DNA from: Clostridia bacterium
GTDB taxonomy: Bacteria; Bacillota; Clostridia; Oscillospirales; UBA644
Length of the DNA: 24,000 bases
Assembly: GCA_017623895.1 (NCBI GenBank)
Contig: JAGAOB010000022.1
Location: forward strand, 1 to 24,000
Direction: 5' to 3'
Shown: positions 23,661 to 24,000 of the stretch, one piece after another
Layout of the letters: each line of letters starts with the position of its first letter
Numbering within the stretch: position 1 is the first letter of the stretch
Notes under the pieces: model-generated
Seen by the model: only the letters and a program-made list of their open reading frames with translations
What the model was told of the DNA's origin: nothing
The model's database searches: none
Translations under genes and position numbers: made by a program

Positions 23661-23711
23661 TGCTAATTGTCTGCTAATCAAATTTTAGCAAAATTCTGCT
23701 AATTTGAGCAG
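23661..23711. repeat. Cluster of TGCTAAT direct repeats and TGCTAA/TTAGCA inverted repeats upstream of the ECF sigma gene
   Basis: TGCTAAT at 23661-23667, 23672-23678 and 23697-23703. The inverted copy TTAGCA is at 23685-23690. The small palindrome ctgct-aatttg-agcag is at 23696-23711. Confidence 0.5.
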
Positions 23712-23735
23712 GCGTATGTTACATCCATAGACTTT

Positions 23736-23764
23736 TTAAATTTTTGAAGAAAATATGTTATAAT
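23736..23764 (+). promoter_or_regulatory. Possible extended -10 promoter for the sigma factor gene
   Basis: TGtTATAAT (23756-23764), with a weak -35 TTAAAT (23736-23741) at 17-nt spacing. Confidence 0.35.
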
Positions 23765-23818
23765 TTTTGTAACGTTTTGTGAGTTTCCAAATCTAATAGT
23801 TGAAAGGACGGTGAAAAT

Positions 23819-24000
23819 GTGACTGATTTTGAAAAGCTTTTCAATGAAAACCGAGAATTCATTTTCAAATATCTTATGAAAATGACACGGGATATTACGC
23901 TATCCGAAGAGTTGACACAAGAAACCTTTTTTCGTGCATATATGAACTATGCTTCTCTTAAAAACAAGGAAAAGGCTTCCGTGTGGCTGTGCCAAATCGC
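23819..24000 (+). CDS. ECF-type sigma-70 family RNA polymerase sigma factor, N-terminal fragment (runs off the window)
   Basis: It is not in the ORF track because it is cut off by the window edge. GTG 23819 has AAAGGA 10 nt upstream, and the adjacent ATG 23817 reads ATG-TGA. The translation is VTDFEKLFNENREFIFKYLMKMTRDITLSEELTQETFFRAYMNYASLKNKEKASVWLCQI. The LSEELTQETFFRAY...WLxQI pattern is sigma-70 region 2. Confidence 0.7.
   Translation, partial: MTDFEKLFNENREFIFKYLMKMTRDITLSEELTQETFFRAYMNYASLKNKEKASVWLCQI

Overview
Chromosomal segment from a spore-forming Firmicute, probably a Clostridia-type organism (inferred from gene content and order), about 50% GC. Nearly all of it is conserved housekeeping and sporulation genes. 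On the + strand: dnaK (3' end) and dnaJ. On the - strand: cls. On the + strand: a stand-alone gene for a 728-aa membrane-anchored YD/RHS-like repeat protein. An 11.5-kb co-directional run follows on the - strand: yqfC, yqfD, phoH, ybeY, dgkA, era, recO, mutS2, comEC, holA and an RNase M5-like Toprim gene. Next come spoVB (+), an unassigned 348-aa gene and spoIIID (-), then a DacB/PBP5-like gene, galE and a cytidylate-kinase-like gene (+), and tRNA-Arg(CCU). The window ends in an abrupt drop to about 30% GC, where an ECF-type sigma factor gene begins. Several exact TTGACA-17/18-TATAAT promoters and clear hairpin terminators can be read directly. I see no convincing multi-gene novel system: no CRISPR, no defence-island hallmarks, no transposase. 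The items most worth follow-up are single-gene oddities. (1) The PBP5/DacB homologue has its catalytic SxxK replaced by DTAQ. (2) The orphan YD-like repeat membrane protein has no toxin tip. (3) The 348-aa protein next to spoIIID may be a degenerate PAS/histidine-kinase-like protein. (4) The Toprim gene has an in-frame TAA inside its conserved motif. (5) The phoH-ybeY spacer is built from tandem copies of the phoH 3' end. (6) A low-GC block starts just after the tRNA. All homology statements rest on motif recognition by eye, not on database searches.
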